DNA of 64,000 nucleotides from contig CAWFQB010000001.1 in assembly GCA_963817895.1 (NCBI GenBank), positions 1,472,001-1,536,000 on the forward strand, in the 5' to 3' direction. The stretch is from an uncultured Chthonomonadaceae bacterium. Its GTDB lineage: Bacteria; Armatimonadota; Chthonomonadetes; Chthonomonadales; Chthonomonadaceae. Under the pieces are notes generated by a model. It saw only the letters and a program-made list of their open reading frames with translations. It ran no database searches and was not told where the DNA came from. The position numbers and the translations under genes were made by a program. This document shows positions 9,665 through 18,960 of the stretch, one piece after another; the first letter of the stretch is position 1, and every line of letters starts with the position of its first letter.

Positions 9665-11200
9665 TCAGTTTGCGAGGGGAAAAGAGACGGATACGCGCCC
9701 GCCGCCTGTCGGCAGCGTGTCGAAGGTGACTTCGCCTTGCAGGTCGGTGCGGGTTAGATTCAGAACCAATTCCAGGCCGGTGTTTGCGGATTGGGCCGCG
9801 TTGAAATTGGGGGGGAATCCCGGCCCCGAATCGCTTACGGCCAGTGTACAGCGCGCGCCCTCCACCTTCACCTGAATGTCTACCCACTCTCCGCCGTGCT
9901 TCAGGGCGTTGGCGTAGAGTTCTTGCGTAATCAGGGCGAGGGACGTGCTTTGCCCGGTGCGCAAACTGGCGTCATCCAGGCGATAGGTCAGCTCATGCTC
10001 TCCGAACATCTGGCGCAGTTTGGGTAGCAGCGAGGACAGCATACGGCGCGTGGAAACCCGCTGCGCGTTGTTTTGTTCGCGCGCCGTGCCCGTCAGCACG
10101 TCGTGGACAACCGCAAGGCTCTGTATCTGCGCGCTCAAACGCCGCAGTTCCTCGACCGAAACCGTCACGCCCGCTTCCATGACGCGCATGTCTATGAGGG
10201 CGGAGATCATTTGCAGGTTGTTTTTGACGCGGTGGTGCGTTTCGGTCATGGACGTGCGCAGGCGGTCATTGAGTTTTTCGATGGACGCCTGCTTGTCCAG
10301 CAGGATTTTCTCGGCCTGCTTGCGCTCGGTAATGTCCGTGCAGACGCCCACAACGCGCCATGTTTTGCCGGGTTCCAGCGTTTCCACCCGAATGTCTTCG
10401 TGCAGCCAGCGGATGCTGCCATCGCTGCAATAGCACCGGAACTCCTGATCGTAACTCTCGCCCGCCCGTACCGCAGCGGTTCCCAGCACGTCGCACACGT
10501 CCCGATCTTGCGGGTCGCGATTGCGATACCAGGCATTGGGATAATCTTCACCGCGCAGTCGGTCCAGCGGCAGAAAGCGCTGGGCGGCCTCCATATCGGG
10601 AATGGTCAGGTTCCAATCCAGAATACGGGGATTGCCGGTCTCTTTTACCTGCGCATGCCACAGCAGGCAGCGCGCGCCGGACATTACATACGCCCGCTCC
10701 AGTTCCGTTTCGCGCAGACTGGTCAGCAGGTCGCGCTTTTCCGTAATGTCCTGCACGTAGATCACGCGGTACGCCGCGCCGCCGTTCGCGTCCTGCGCCT
10801 GATGAATGTTCAGCGATACGGGGAACGTGGTTCCGTCCCGGCGGGCGTGAACGGTTTCGTACACCCGATGCGAATTGCCAGGTTCCGAGCCGCGCCGTTC
10901 CGTATTGGCGCGTTGAATATCCCGTTCCATCTGTTCGCGCGCTTCGGGCGCGAACACGTCCTGAACCGGCATTCCGATCATCTCCTCAACGGCGTAGCCA
11001 TAGAGTTGGGCGCAGGCGGGATTGACAAGCAGAATGGTTTGATTGTCCGCTCCGGTGATGGCGACGGGCTGGGGGCTGAAATGAAAGGCATCCTGAAATG
11101 CGCCGAATGGAGAGTCGAACAATTTGGTTACGTCCTGTGACGCCTGTTTTTGAGAGTGGGGAGGAATTAGAGCAGAGTGTATCAAAATGGAGTTTGACAT
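9665..11200 (-). CDS. PAS/PAC sensor histidine kinase (HisKA_2 type)
   Basis: Two PAS/PAC domains ending in DITE; ETHHRVKNNLQ H-box; ELYANALKHG, VSDSGPGFP. Confidence 0.93.
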   Translation of the reverse strand: MSNSILIHSALIPPHSQKQASQDVTKLFDSPFGAFQDAFHFSPQPVAITGADNQTILLVNPACAQLYGYAVEEMIGMPVQDVFAPEAREQMERDIQRANTERRGSEPGNSHRVYETVHARRDGTTFPVSLNIHQAQDANGGAAYRVIYVQDITEKRDLLTSLRETELERAYVMSGARCLLWHAQVKETGNPRILDWNLTIPDMEAAQRFLPLDRLRGEDYPNAWYRNRDPQDRDVCDVLGTAAVRAGESYDQEFRCYCSDGSIRWLHEDIRVETLEPGKTWRVVGVCTDITERKQAEKILLDKQASIEKLNDRLRTSMTETHHRVKNNLQMISALIDMRVMEAGVTVSVEELRRLSAQIQSLAVVHDVLTGTAREQNNAQRVSTRRMLSSLLPKLRQMFGEHELTYRLDDASLRTGQSTSLALITQELYANALKHGGEWVDIQVKVEGARCTLAVSDSGPGFPPNFNAAQSANTGLELVLNLTRTDLQGEVTFDTLPTGGGRVSVSFPLAN

Positions 11201-11337
11201 TGTGGCCTCATTGCAAATACAACATTGATGACGATGAGGCGTCCCGGCTCCAATAGTAATATTGTACCACGACTTTTGGGAATTCAGCCGGTGAATTTTG
11301 TCTGCTGTCTGCTAAACTTCGGAAGGGGGGTGTTCTC

Positions 11338-11760
11338 GTGATTGAAAACGCTTTGCTCAATGACGCGCGATTCGACCCGGTTCAACGCGAACTTCTGGAT
11401 ATTACCTGGCGGATGCTCGAAGCTATCGGCACGGGCGACGCTTCCACGTATGCCGCGCTTTCTTCGCCGGAATTGTCGTGTTTTGAAGATGTGTGCGCGT
11501 ACCGGATTGATGGTTTGGAGTTTCACCTGGCGCTGATCCGGCAGATGGGGCAGAACCCGGACGCGCAGCCGACTCGTTTTGATATTCTTTCGCCCCGCGT
11601 CCAGGTGTACGGCGACCATACGGGCATTGTCACGTACACGCGCCTGATGACTTATGACGAGAACGGGCGACCGAAATGGCGAACTTTCAACGAATCCCGC
11701 GTCTTTATCAAAATTGAAGGAAGTTGGAAAATGGCGCATTTCCACCGTTCGCCAACTTGA
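11338..11760 (+). CDS. NTF2-fold protein similar to the CaMKII association domain
   Basis: LEAIGTGD..TY...LSCFE, GLEFH, ESRVF....WKMAHFHRS. Confidence 0.8.
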   Translation: MIENALLNDARFDPVQRELLDITWRMLEAIGTGDASTYAALSSPELSCFEDVCAYRIDGLEFHLALIRQMGQNPDAQPTRFDILSPRVQVYGDHTGIVTYTRLMTYDENGRPKWRTFNESRVFIKIEGSWKMAHFHRSPT

Positions 11761-11809
11761 TGCCTGTCCTGCATGGCCCTCAATGTATGGCGTTCACTTG
11801 TGGACATAT

Positions 11810-11840
11810 CCCTTCTCCCAAAAAAGCCTGGGAGAAGGGG
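11810..11840. repeat. REP-like palindrome (CCTCTCCC..GGGAGAGGGG family)
   Basis: CCCTTCTCCCA-AAAAAGCC-TGGGAGAAGGG; related copies at 18887, 27635, 28942, 48312. Confidence 0.75.
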
Positions 11841-12307
11841 AACTTGTTGGAAGAGGCTCAAAGCAAAAAGGTATGTAGAGACAGCGTCGAAATAGTGGCA
11901 ATGCAGCGCTTCCAGCCCGATGTCTCGATAGTGTATGTGATTTTACAGTGGAGGCGTCGTGACCTCGGTAGCATCAGGGCGAACGGGAGGGGTGGAACAT
12001 TGTGCTGCGCCTCCTTTGCGTTGCAGTAGACATTTGTACTGCGTAGACAGGTTATGTTGGAGGAAAGTTTCCTGTATTTTGCATTGTCCGATTCTTTTTT
12101 GCTGACTTTTGTGGGATGGCTGCTGTGGGCGTCGCGCAAGGAAGAGGAAAAAACATGTATTGCGCTTAAGTTGGGCAGGAGTCTGATTTCTGGTTTGAGA
12201 ATAGTAGGACAGAGTATAGCAAAGGAGAGGTGGTGAGAAAGCGCAGGGGCCAACCGCATGTTTCGAGTGAATGCCCCACTGTGCCGCGATAAGTTGTTCG
12301 CTTGATT

Positions 12308-12483
12308 GCCGCCAACCCCAAGCGCCGGCGCATGACGGTAGAGGTTCGCGCTGACCGATGAGATTGAGAGTGTTCCGCGCAAAGTTGACTTGTCTGGAGG
12401 ACGCGCCTGATTGCGTCAAATTTGCGGCTTGTTTAGCCCTGTAATGAGATTGAACGTGGTTTCAGAGTGAGTGAGCATTAGTT
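12308..12483 (+). promoter_or_regulatory. Putative CRISPR leader
   Basis: Non-coding region directly 5' of the first repeat; GCCAACCCCAAGCG...GAGGTTCGCG resembles leaders of type I arrays (from recall). Confidence 0.55.
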
Positions 12484-12593
12484 GTTGCACCCGGTCGAAA
12501 GGCCGGGTGAGGATTGAAACAGTGAGTGGTACAATAGGATGGGTTACAAACACTATCTTGCACCCAGTCCTATAAATGGGTGAAGATTGAAAC
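12484..12593 (+). CRISPR. Orphan mini-CRISPR array: 2 repeats (37 bp), 1 spacer (36 bp)
   Basis: R1 12484-12520 GTTGCACCCGGTCGAAAGGCCGGGTGAGGATTGAAAC; R2 12557-12593 CTTGCACCCAGTCCTATAAATGGGTGAAGATTGAAAC; internal palindrome and ATTGAAAC end; no cas genes in window. Confidence 0.85.
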
Positions 12594-12597
12594 TATC

Positions 12598-13065
12598 ATG
12601 ACTAACGTTACCAATACCATACTGCCCACCGATCAAGAGGTTCGACAGGCGCGGGAGTTTCGCGCCCTGCTTGCTCCCCTGGTTGCGCAGGAGGGAACAG
12701 CGCAGATTCATTTCCACGGCAGCAACAACCAACCGGCGGAATTAACGCTTTCCGCTGCCGTAACGCACGTTTTGCTGAATGTTCTGCAAGAAATGGGCAA
12801 GGGCAACGGTGTCAGCATTACCCCGATTAAGAAAGAGTTTACCACGCAGCAGGCCGCCGATCTTCTCATGGTTTCCCGGCCCTATCTGATTGAGGAACTG
12901 CTCGAAAAAAATGTGCTTCCCTATCACAAAGTCGGCAACCGCCGCCACATTCGCGCCGAAGACCTGTTGCGCTACAAAGAGACGGAAGAGAAAGAAATCG
13001 CCCGACGCGCAAAGGTGATGCAGGAGTTGATGGCGGAAACAGAACGGTTGGGCTTGTACAAGTGA
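12598..13065 (+). CDS. Excisionase-like helix-turn-helix DNA-binding protein (putative antitoxin)
   Basis: FTTQQAADLLMVSRPYLI...YHKVGNRRHIRAEDLLRYK; stop overlaps PIN gene start. Confidence 0.88.
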   Translation: MTNVTNTILPTDQEVRQAREFRALLAPLVAQEGTAQIHFHGSNNQPAELTLSAAVTHVLLNVLQEMGKGNGVSITPIKKEFTTQQAADLLMVSRPYLIEELLEKNVLPYHKVGNRRHIRAEDLLRYKETEEKEIARRAKVMQELMAETERLGLYK

Positions 13066-13409
13066 TTGCCCTCCTTGATGCCAATGTATTGTATCCTCCG
13101 GGACTGCGCGACCTGCTTATGTGGCTGGCGGTTGTTCTTGCGTATGAGCCGCGCTGGACGGAAGAGATTCACTCCGAATGGATGCGCAACGTCCTCAAAG
13201 ACCGCCCGGAGGTAACTTCCGCGCAACTGCAACGTACGCGCCGCCTGATGGATCAGGTGAACCCTTGATGTCTGGTGAGTGGCTATGAAGCGCGTGTTCC
13301 TGCCCTGACGCTGTCGGACGAAAACGACCGACATGTTTTAGCCGCCGCTATAGAAGCCGGCGCGGAGATTATCGTCACCTTCAACCTGCGCCACTTCCCC
13401 AAAGAATGA
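13062..13409 (+). pseudogene. PIN-domain toxin with in-frame TGA at 13266-13268
   Basis: ALLDANVLYP..LRDLL; after the stop the same frame reads CLVSGYE...DENDRHVLAAAI..GAEIIVTFNLRHFP. Confidence 0.8.
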
Positions 13410-13424
13410 AGCACTATATGCTTC

Positions 13425-14199
13425 TCAGATATTCTTTGTTCTCCCCCACAAGGGATTATCTTTGTGCTTCACTACGTAATCGGGGCGGGCGTAGATCGGA
13501 TTCTCACGCAATTTGCGCGTTCCTGACGCATTGGTTGACGTGGTACGGGTTCGTCTCTTCAGCAAAGCCTCTTCGACAACTATCTCAGTCGCCACGGGGG
13601 GCAGGGAACTGTCTTCTGCTGCCTGACGAACCTCCTCAATCGCTTGCCGCGCCAATGCCTCCTCCCGCGACGTAACATAATCCCCTTCCGCGCCTTTGCT
13701 GACCGACCAATCGTGAATCGTCAACTCCGCTGCAAGTATCTCCACAACTTCAAATGGAGTCGCCTGCGCATCATCGAGCGTGGTTGTATCGGCAACGAAT
13801 CGAAAAATGAGAAACCAGCCCGCTTCCCGGTTGTGCGCCTGCCATTGGCCTCGGGACCGCGACGCTTTTACCTCAATCCCAATACCGCGTGGCCGCGCAT
13901 CCTCAGCATTGTCGGCGCGTGACAGCAGATCAGGATAACCGTTGTTATACAGGTTGCGTTTTACAGCAGGGCAGGATTTTGCCACAGCGCGTCAAACTCT
14001 CCCCCACAAAATCGCTGAAAGTGGCCTCTCGCATCAGCGTTTCCAGCCTTCCGTATCCACGCCCAATGCTATGCGCGTTAATGTCCGTAAACATCGCATA
14101 AAAATCGTTTACAGCCGCTTCCACCTGTGCAACAGTAATGGAGTAAGGCAGACGGGCCTCATAGGACAGAAAAGACTTATTTAAACAGGGAGTATTCAA
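13425..14199 (-). CDS. Putative PD-(D/E)xK type II restriction endonuclease, frameshifted near 13985
   Basis: ORFs 13945-14199 and 13425-13985 overlap and join; YPDLL...GIEVKAS motif; adjacent to two methyltransferases. Confidence 0.65.
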
Positions 14200-14304
14200 G
14201 TGGCATTTTTCCTACGGGTGACTGCAAGGGTGACTGCTACTTGCTGCAAACGCGAGATTCTGCTATACTGTGCCAACTTTCGTAGAGGCAACAGGGAGCG
14301 GAAC

Positions 14305-15246
14305 GTGGCTTACCAGATTATTCATGCGGATTGTGTAGAGTGGCTGCGGCAGTGTCCGCCCTGTACTTTTCATGCCGTCATCACCGACCCACCCTTTGCG
14401 CTGAAGGAATTTGAAGACCGCGAACTCGAAAAACGCGCTGAAGGTAAGGGCGGCGTCTGGCGTATTCCCCCATCATTCGATGGATGCAAACGCGCGCCCA
14501 TGCCCCGCTTTACCATTCTCACCAGACAAGAACAGCGCGCGCTCAAAACATTCTTTCACGAGTTCGCTTCGGCGCTACTGCCGACACTGGTTCCCGGCGC
14601 GCACATCTTCATTGCCGCTTCGACACAACTATCGCATCTGGTTTTTGACGCGCTCGACAGCGCCGGGTTTGAGCGCCGGGGAGAAATTGTCCGCATGGTG
14701 CGAACCCTGCGCGGCGGCGACCGCCCCAAAAACGCTGAAGAAGAATTCCCAGGCGTGTGCGTGACGCCGCGTTCCTGTTGGGAACCCTGGGGATTGTTCC
14801 GCAAGCCCCTCGAAGGCCGCGTTCAGGATAATTTACGAACATGGAAGACGGGGGGGTTGCGCCGCTGCTCCGAGGCCACGCCGTTTCTGGATGTAATCGC
14901 CAGCGAACGGACACCGGCCCGCGAACGCGCTATTGCCGCGCACCCCTCGCTGAAACCACAATCGTTTCTACGGCAACTGGCATTGGCAGCTCTGCCTTTG
15001 GAAGAGGGTACGATATTAGACCCCTTCTGCGGTTCCGGTTCCACTCTGGCCGCCTGCGAAGCGTTAGGCTATGCCAGCGTAGGCATAGAACGCCGCGAAG
15101 ATTACGCGCAACTGGCGCGAAAGGCTGTTCCCAAACTGGCAAAATTGCCAATGCCCAACACGCCAACCCCATCGGCAAGTACGCGCAGCATAATAAAAGA
15201 CGCGCAAACAACCCTGTTCATGGAAGCCAAAGAGCAATACAAATAG
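14305..15246 (+). CDS. Beta-class N4-cytosine/N6-adenine DNA methyltransferase
   Basis: ITDPPF (motif IV) precedes HPSLKP and ILDPFCGSGST (motif I); GTG start after GGAG. Confidence 0.92.
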   Translation: MAYQIIHADCVEWLRQCPPCTFHAVITDPPFALKEFEDRELEKRAEGKGGVWRIPPSFDGCKRAPMPRFTILTRQEQRALKTFFHEFASALLPTLVPGAHIFIAASTQLSHLVFDALDSAGFERRGEIVRMVRTLRGGDRPKNAEEEFPGVCVTPRSCWEPWGLFRKPLEGRVQDNLRTWKTGGLRRCSEATPFLDVIASERTPARERAIAAHPSLKPQSFLRQLALAALPLEEGTILDPFCGSGSTLAACEALGYASVGIERREDYAQLARKAVPKLAKLPMPNTPTPSASTRSIIKDAQTTLFMEAKEQYK

Positions 15247-15370
15247 CTTCCTATAGTACACGTCAGCGCAAGCAGACTAAAAAATCAAACCAACAGAAAT
15301 TAACAAATTTATCGATTAAAAATTCGCTTGTGTTGCATCCAGCAGAAATGTCGCGTAAGGAGCGAAACTA

Positions 15371-16401
15371 TCATACGGTTCTTGATGCCGAAGCCCTGTA
15401 TCGTACTTTTTCCTGGCACGCGAACCAGCAACGATCTAATTCTAACGCTGAATGTTCCACCGGCGTAGAGGTAAGGCAATCTTTGACGGATTTGGCGATA
15501 TGCCAGGCAAGCACAGGAGGAACCGCGTTGCCTACCTGTCTTTCGGTTTCCCGCAGTTTCGCGTCAAAGATGAAATCGTCTGGAAACCATTGTATCCGCG
15601 CGGCTTCCCGCATAGATATTCTGCGCGGCAGCGAATAGTGAAATTGAATGTTGCCGTGACACTCCGCGCGAATCGTGTAGCCCGGTTTGTTCGCTTTTAA
15701 GCGGCGGTTTCCCTGCTCGTGGCTTTGCTTGGCGACGCTCCAGATATGGTTGATGCTCTCATCCGCTTCCCTGTGTTCCAAATCCCCGATGGCTTCAAAA
15801 GCGTTCATCCAGGCCATTCTTGACCGTTCGGGTTTTGGCGGCGCGAATTTCCTGACCGAGCGCGAGGTCCCGACGATGAAAATACGCTCCCGGCTTTGAG
15901 GCACTCCGTAATCCGCCGCATGGTACAAATTGTAGGACAAATCGTATCCAAGCGAATTGAAGTCTTTTATAATCTGAGAGAAAGACGATTGGTTATGCCG
16001 CATCAGCAAGCCTTTTACATTTTCCGCTACAAACACTTTCGGCGTGGTTATTCTAATGGCTTCCACCATAGCCGTATACAGACTGCTGCGCTTCCCGCTG
16101 ATGCCCGCCCCTTTCCCGTTGATAGATATATCCTGACAGGGAAACCCGCCAATCAGCACATCCACATTTTGCGGCAGTTCATCTATGGAATCCCAGATGT
16201 TTCCACAGCGAATGTTCGCGTCTATGTTGCGGCGGTAGGTTCGGCAAGCCGCTTCATTGATCTCGTTTGCCCAAATTATGTTGAAAGGATGCTTCTCATA
16301 CTCTCTGCCAAAATACGAAAGCCGCCCCGGAATCCTAAATCCATTCCTCCACACCCGGAAAACAGAGAAACCACAGAATACTCTTCTGCATGTGTCGCCA
16401 T
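15371..16401 (-). CDS. C5-cytosine DNA methyltransferase, frameshifted near 16320
   Basis: ATG at 16401 gives VVSLFSGCGGMDLGF; next frame has GGFPCQD, ENVKGL, QSRERIF, REAARIQWFPD, QVGNAVPP. Confidence 0.92.
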
Positions 16402-16516
16402 TTCTGATACCTGCCTTTAACTTTATGTGTGAACTGTGTCTGCTTGTTTGGGTGTGATTGTAGCACAGGATAGGGAGGGCGTCAACAGGCGCATTTTCCG
16501 TTTTCGTTACTTTTCC

Positions 16517-18133
16517 CTACTCCCTATTTTGCGGCAATCTTAGTCCGCGCGGGATGAGCAGGCGATCCAGAAGCTCGAAACCGGCCTGTACCAGAAGCGC
16601 GAGAACGGCGGCAGGGATGGCTCCCTGCAAAATCAGGTTGTTGTTGTTGATGCTCAGGCCGCTCTGGATGGGTTCGCCCAATCCACCCGACCCGATGAAG
16701 GCCGCGAGGGTTGCCGTGCCGACGTTGATAATCGCGCTGGTTTTGATGCCCGCCAGAATCGAGCGCGCCGCGAGGGGCAGAAACACTTTGCGTAGTTGCG
16801 CGAACGGTTCCAGACCGAGCGCGGCGGCGGACTCGCGGATTGCGGGCGCAATGTCCTGCAAACCCGTCGCGGTGTTGCGGACGATGGGCAGCAGGCTGTA
16901 CAAAAACAGCGCGACAATGGCCGTCGTCGCGCCCTTGCCGAGTATGGGGATAGGAATCAGAAACGCGAGGAGGGCAAGCGAGGGAATCGTCTGCACAACG
17001 CCCGTAATGCCCAAAATCAGCGTACTCAGCGAACCCGGACGGCTTGCCACAATGCCGAGCGGGACGCCGACCAGAATAGCAAGAAAGAGGGAAATGCCCA
17101 CCAGTTTGAGATGTACGCCCGTCAGCCGCAGAATGTAATGCGGCACCGTTTCCGCATCCCGCCTTGCCTGCTGAACCGCGTCTTTGCTGAAGAAACCTGC
17201 CGCCACAATCGCGTAGTCGGATGTTTTCTTAATGTTCTTCGCCTGCGCGTTCAGGCGGATCATGGTTTCCTGATTGATTTTGTCTTCCAGACCGTTCAGG
17301 GCCGCAATCGCGTTTGCAGGCAGGTCCAAGCGATACACGTACAAGGCTTTGTAGCGGGGAAAAAAGTGGAGGTCGTCTTCCAGCACGAGCAGATTGTACG
17401 CGGCGATTTCGGCATCCGTCGTGTAGCACTCCATCAAATCTATCTGGTTGTCCCGTAGTTTGTCGTAACCGATGGAGTGTTCCAGCGCGCTCACTTCGGG
17501 GAAATTCATGCCGTAGCGGGCGCATAAGGCTTTGAAACCGTCCTTGCGATTTAGAAACTCCGCGCTTGGGCCAACCCGCAAATCTTCATGCGCTTTCAAG
17601 TCGCTGATTTTCGTGATACCAAGCTGCTGCGCCCGTTCTTTGCGCATGACAAGGGCGTAGTTATCATCGAATCCCAGGTCGCCCGTCATGCCGATGCCTT
17701 CGGCTTTCAGCGCGGTTCGTAATTGCTCCTCCGTCACCTGCCCTTTGAGTTTGAGGATTTCTTCGCTGATGGTCGCGCTGTATTCCGGGTACGCGCCGAT
17801 CTCGCCGCTTTTCAGTTTGCTCCACACAATGCCCGTCGAGCCAAGCCCTAACTGGTGATGCACATCCTTGAAGCCCGCGTTCTGTAGTTGCCGTTTGGCG
17901 ATTTCGGCCAGCACATACGACTCAGGAAACTTCTTCGACCCCACCGTAATTGTCTGCGCCCCGCCACGTCCTACCGGCAATAGCAGAAACATCGCAATGT
18001 ACAGGATATACAGAGATTTACCACGGATGAAACGGATAGAACGGATGAACACGGATAAGGCTGATACAATTTTGTTGCTATCCGCGTATATCCGATTCAT
18101 CCGTTTCATCCGTGGTACGCATTGGGTTGTCAC
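16517..18133 (-). CDS. Osmoprotectant ABC transporter, fused substrate-binding protein and permease
   Basis: VGSKKFPESYVLAE, YPEYSAT, QTIPSLALL, EAA-like loop, GGLGEPI; GTG start at 18133 after GGAG. Confidence 0.9.
   Translation of the reverse strand: MTTQCVPRMKRMNRIYADSNKIVSALSVFIRSIRFIRGKSLYILYIAMFLLLPVGRGGAQTITVGSKKFPESYVLAEIAKRQLQNAGFKDVHHQLGLGSTGIVWSKLKSGEIGAYPEYSATISEEILKLKGQVTEEQLRTALKAEGIGMTGDLGFDDNYALVMRKERAQQLGITKISDLKAHEDLRVGPSAEFLNRKDGFKALCARYGMNFPEVSALEHSIGYDKLRDNQIDLMECYTTDAEIAAYNLLVLEDDLHFFPRYKALYVYRLDLPANAIAALNGLEDKINQETMIRLNAQAKNIKKTSDYAIVAAGFFSKDAVQQARRDAETVPHYILRLTGVHLKLVGISLFLAILVGVPLGIVASRPGSLSTLILGITGVVQTIPSLALLAFLIPIPILGKGATTAIVALFLYSLLPIVRNTATGLQDIAPAIRESAAALGLEPFAQLRKVFLPLAARSILAGIKTSAIINVGTATLAAFIGSGGLGEPIQSGLSINNNNLILQGAIPAAVLALLVQAGFELLDRLLIPRGLRLPQNRE
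18019..18117. repeat. 99-bp palindromic element of ACGGATGAA-type 9-mers inside the CDS 5' end
   Basis: TACCACGGATGAAACGGAT (18019-18037) is the reverse complement of 18099-18117. Confidence 0.85.
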
Positions 18134-18152
18134 CAGATATTCTCCATAGCTT

Positions 18153-18887
18153 TTATAGCTGTACCAGGCTGCGCTGGGCGGACAGGAACTCGGCAACGAA
18201 GGGCGTGGCGGGACGGTCGCGCAGGTCTTCCAGTCGGCCCTGCTGCACAATCGCGCCTTCCGAAAGCAGCACCAGATGATCGGCCAGATAGCCCGCTTCA
18301 GCCATGTCGTGCGTAACCAGCACGATGGTCTGCTCACCCGTTTGGAAAATTGTTTTCAGGTCAGTCTGTAGTCCGGCGCGGACAAGCGGATCGAGCGCGC
18401 CCATTGGCTCGTCCAGCAGCAGAACATCGGGTTTGAGCATCAGCGCGCGCATCAGGCTGACGCGCTGCCGCTGTCCGCCCGACAGTTCGGCAGGATAGCG
18501 GTTCAGGCCGTCGAGCGGGAAACGGGTCAGGTCGCACAGTTCGCGGGTACGATTCTGAATTTCAGAGGGGGATTGCTGAAGATGCGTGGCAAGCAGGGCG
18601 ACGTTTTGCCCCGCAGTCAGGTGGGGAAACAAACCGCCATCCTGAATCACATACCCAACGCGACGGCGCAGGGCGATCAAATTTTGCGGCGTGACGGGCG
18701 TGTTCTCTATAATAACCGTGCCTGCCGAGGGTTCAATCAGGCCGATAATCAGGCGCAGCAGGGTGGATTTGCCGCAGCCGCTCGGCCCGATAAGCGCGGT
18801 CACGCGCCTGCTTTCCAAACGCAGGTCGGTTGGCTGCACGGCAAAAGCCTGCCCGTATTTTTTGCTCACGCCTTTAAGTTCAATCAC
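18153..18887 (-). CDS. Osmoprotectant ABC transporter ATP-binding protein
   Basis: GPSGCGKST, LSGGQRQRV, LLLDEPMGALD, VTHD. Confidence 0.95.
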   Translation of the reverse strand: MIELKGVSKKYGQAFAVQPTDLRLESRRVTALIGPSGCGKSTLLRLIIGLIEPSAGTVIIENTPVTPQNLIALRRRVGYVIQDGGLFPHLTAGQNVALLATHLQQSPSEIQNRTRELCDLTRFPLDGLNRYPAELSGGQRQRVSLMRALMLKPDVLLLDEPMGALDPLVRAGLQTDLKTIFQTGEQTIVLVTHDMAEAGYLADHLVLLSEGAIVQQGRLEDLRDRPATPFVAEFLSAQRSLVQL

Positions 18888-18936
18888 CTCACCCCAACCC
18901 CTCTCCTGGCCGCTCGTTCCTCGCTAGGAGAGGGGC
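18887..18936. repeat. REP-like palindrome (CCTCACCCC..CCTCTCC..GGAGAGGGG)
   Basis: Intergenic hairpin of the recurring family. Confidence 0.75.
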
Positions 18937-18960
18937 TTTTCATGCTTTAAGGCAAATTAT

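Noticed and set aside
11260..11270. 11-nt match (GTGGTACAATA) between the CRISPR spacer and the kinase upstream region
   Set aside because: Covers spacer positions 6-16 only, misses the first seed positions, and is explained by a shared extended -10 motif
11858..12419. ORFs between the NTF2-like gene and the CRISPR leader as cas remnants
   Set aside because: No Cas1/Cas2/Cas4/Cas6 motifs and implausible composition
12466..12473. 8-nt match of the spacer 5' end (AGTGAGTG) within the leader
   Set aside because: Too short and low-complexity to distinguish from chance
13266..13268. In-frame TGA in the PIN gene as selenocysteine or programmed readthrough
   Set aside because: No SECIS-like hairpin identified, not a catalytic Cys position, and the gene also appears C-terminally short
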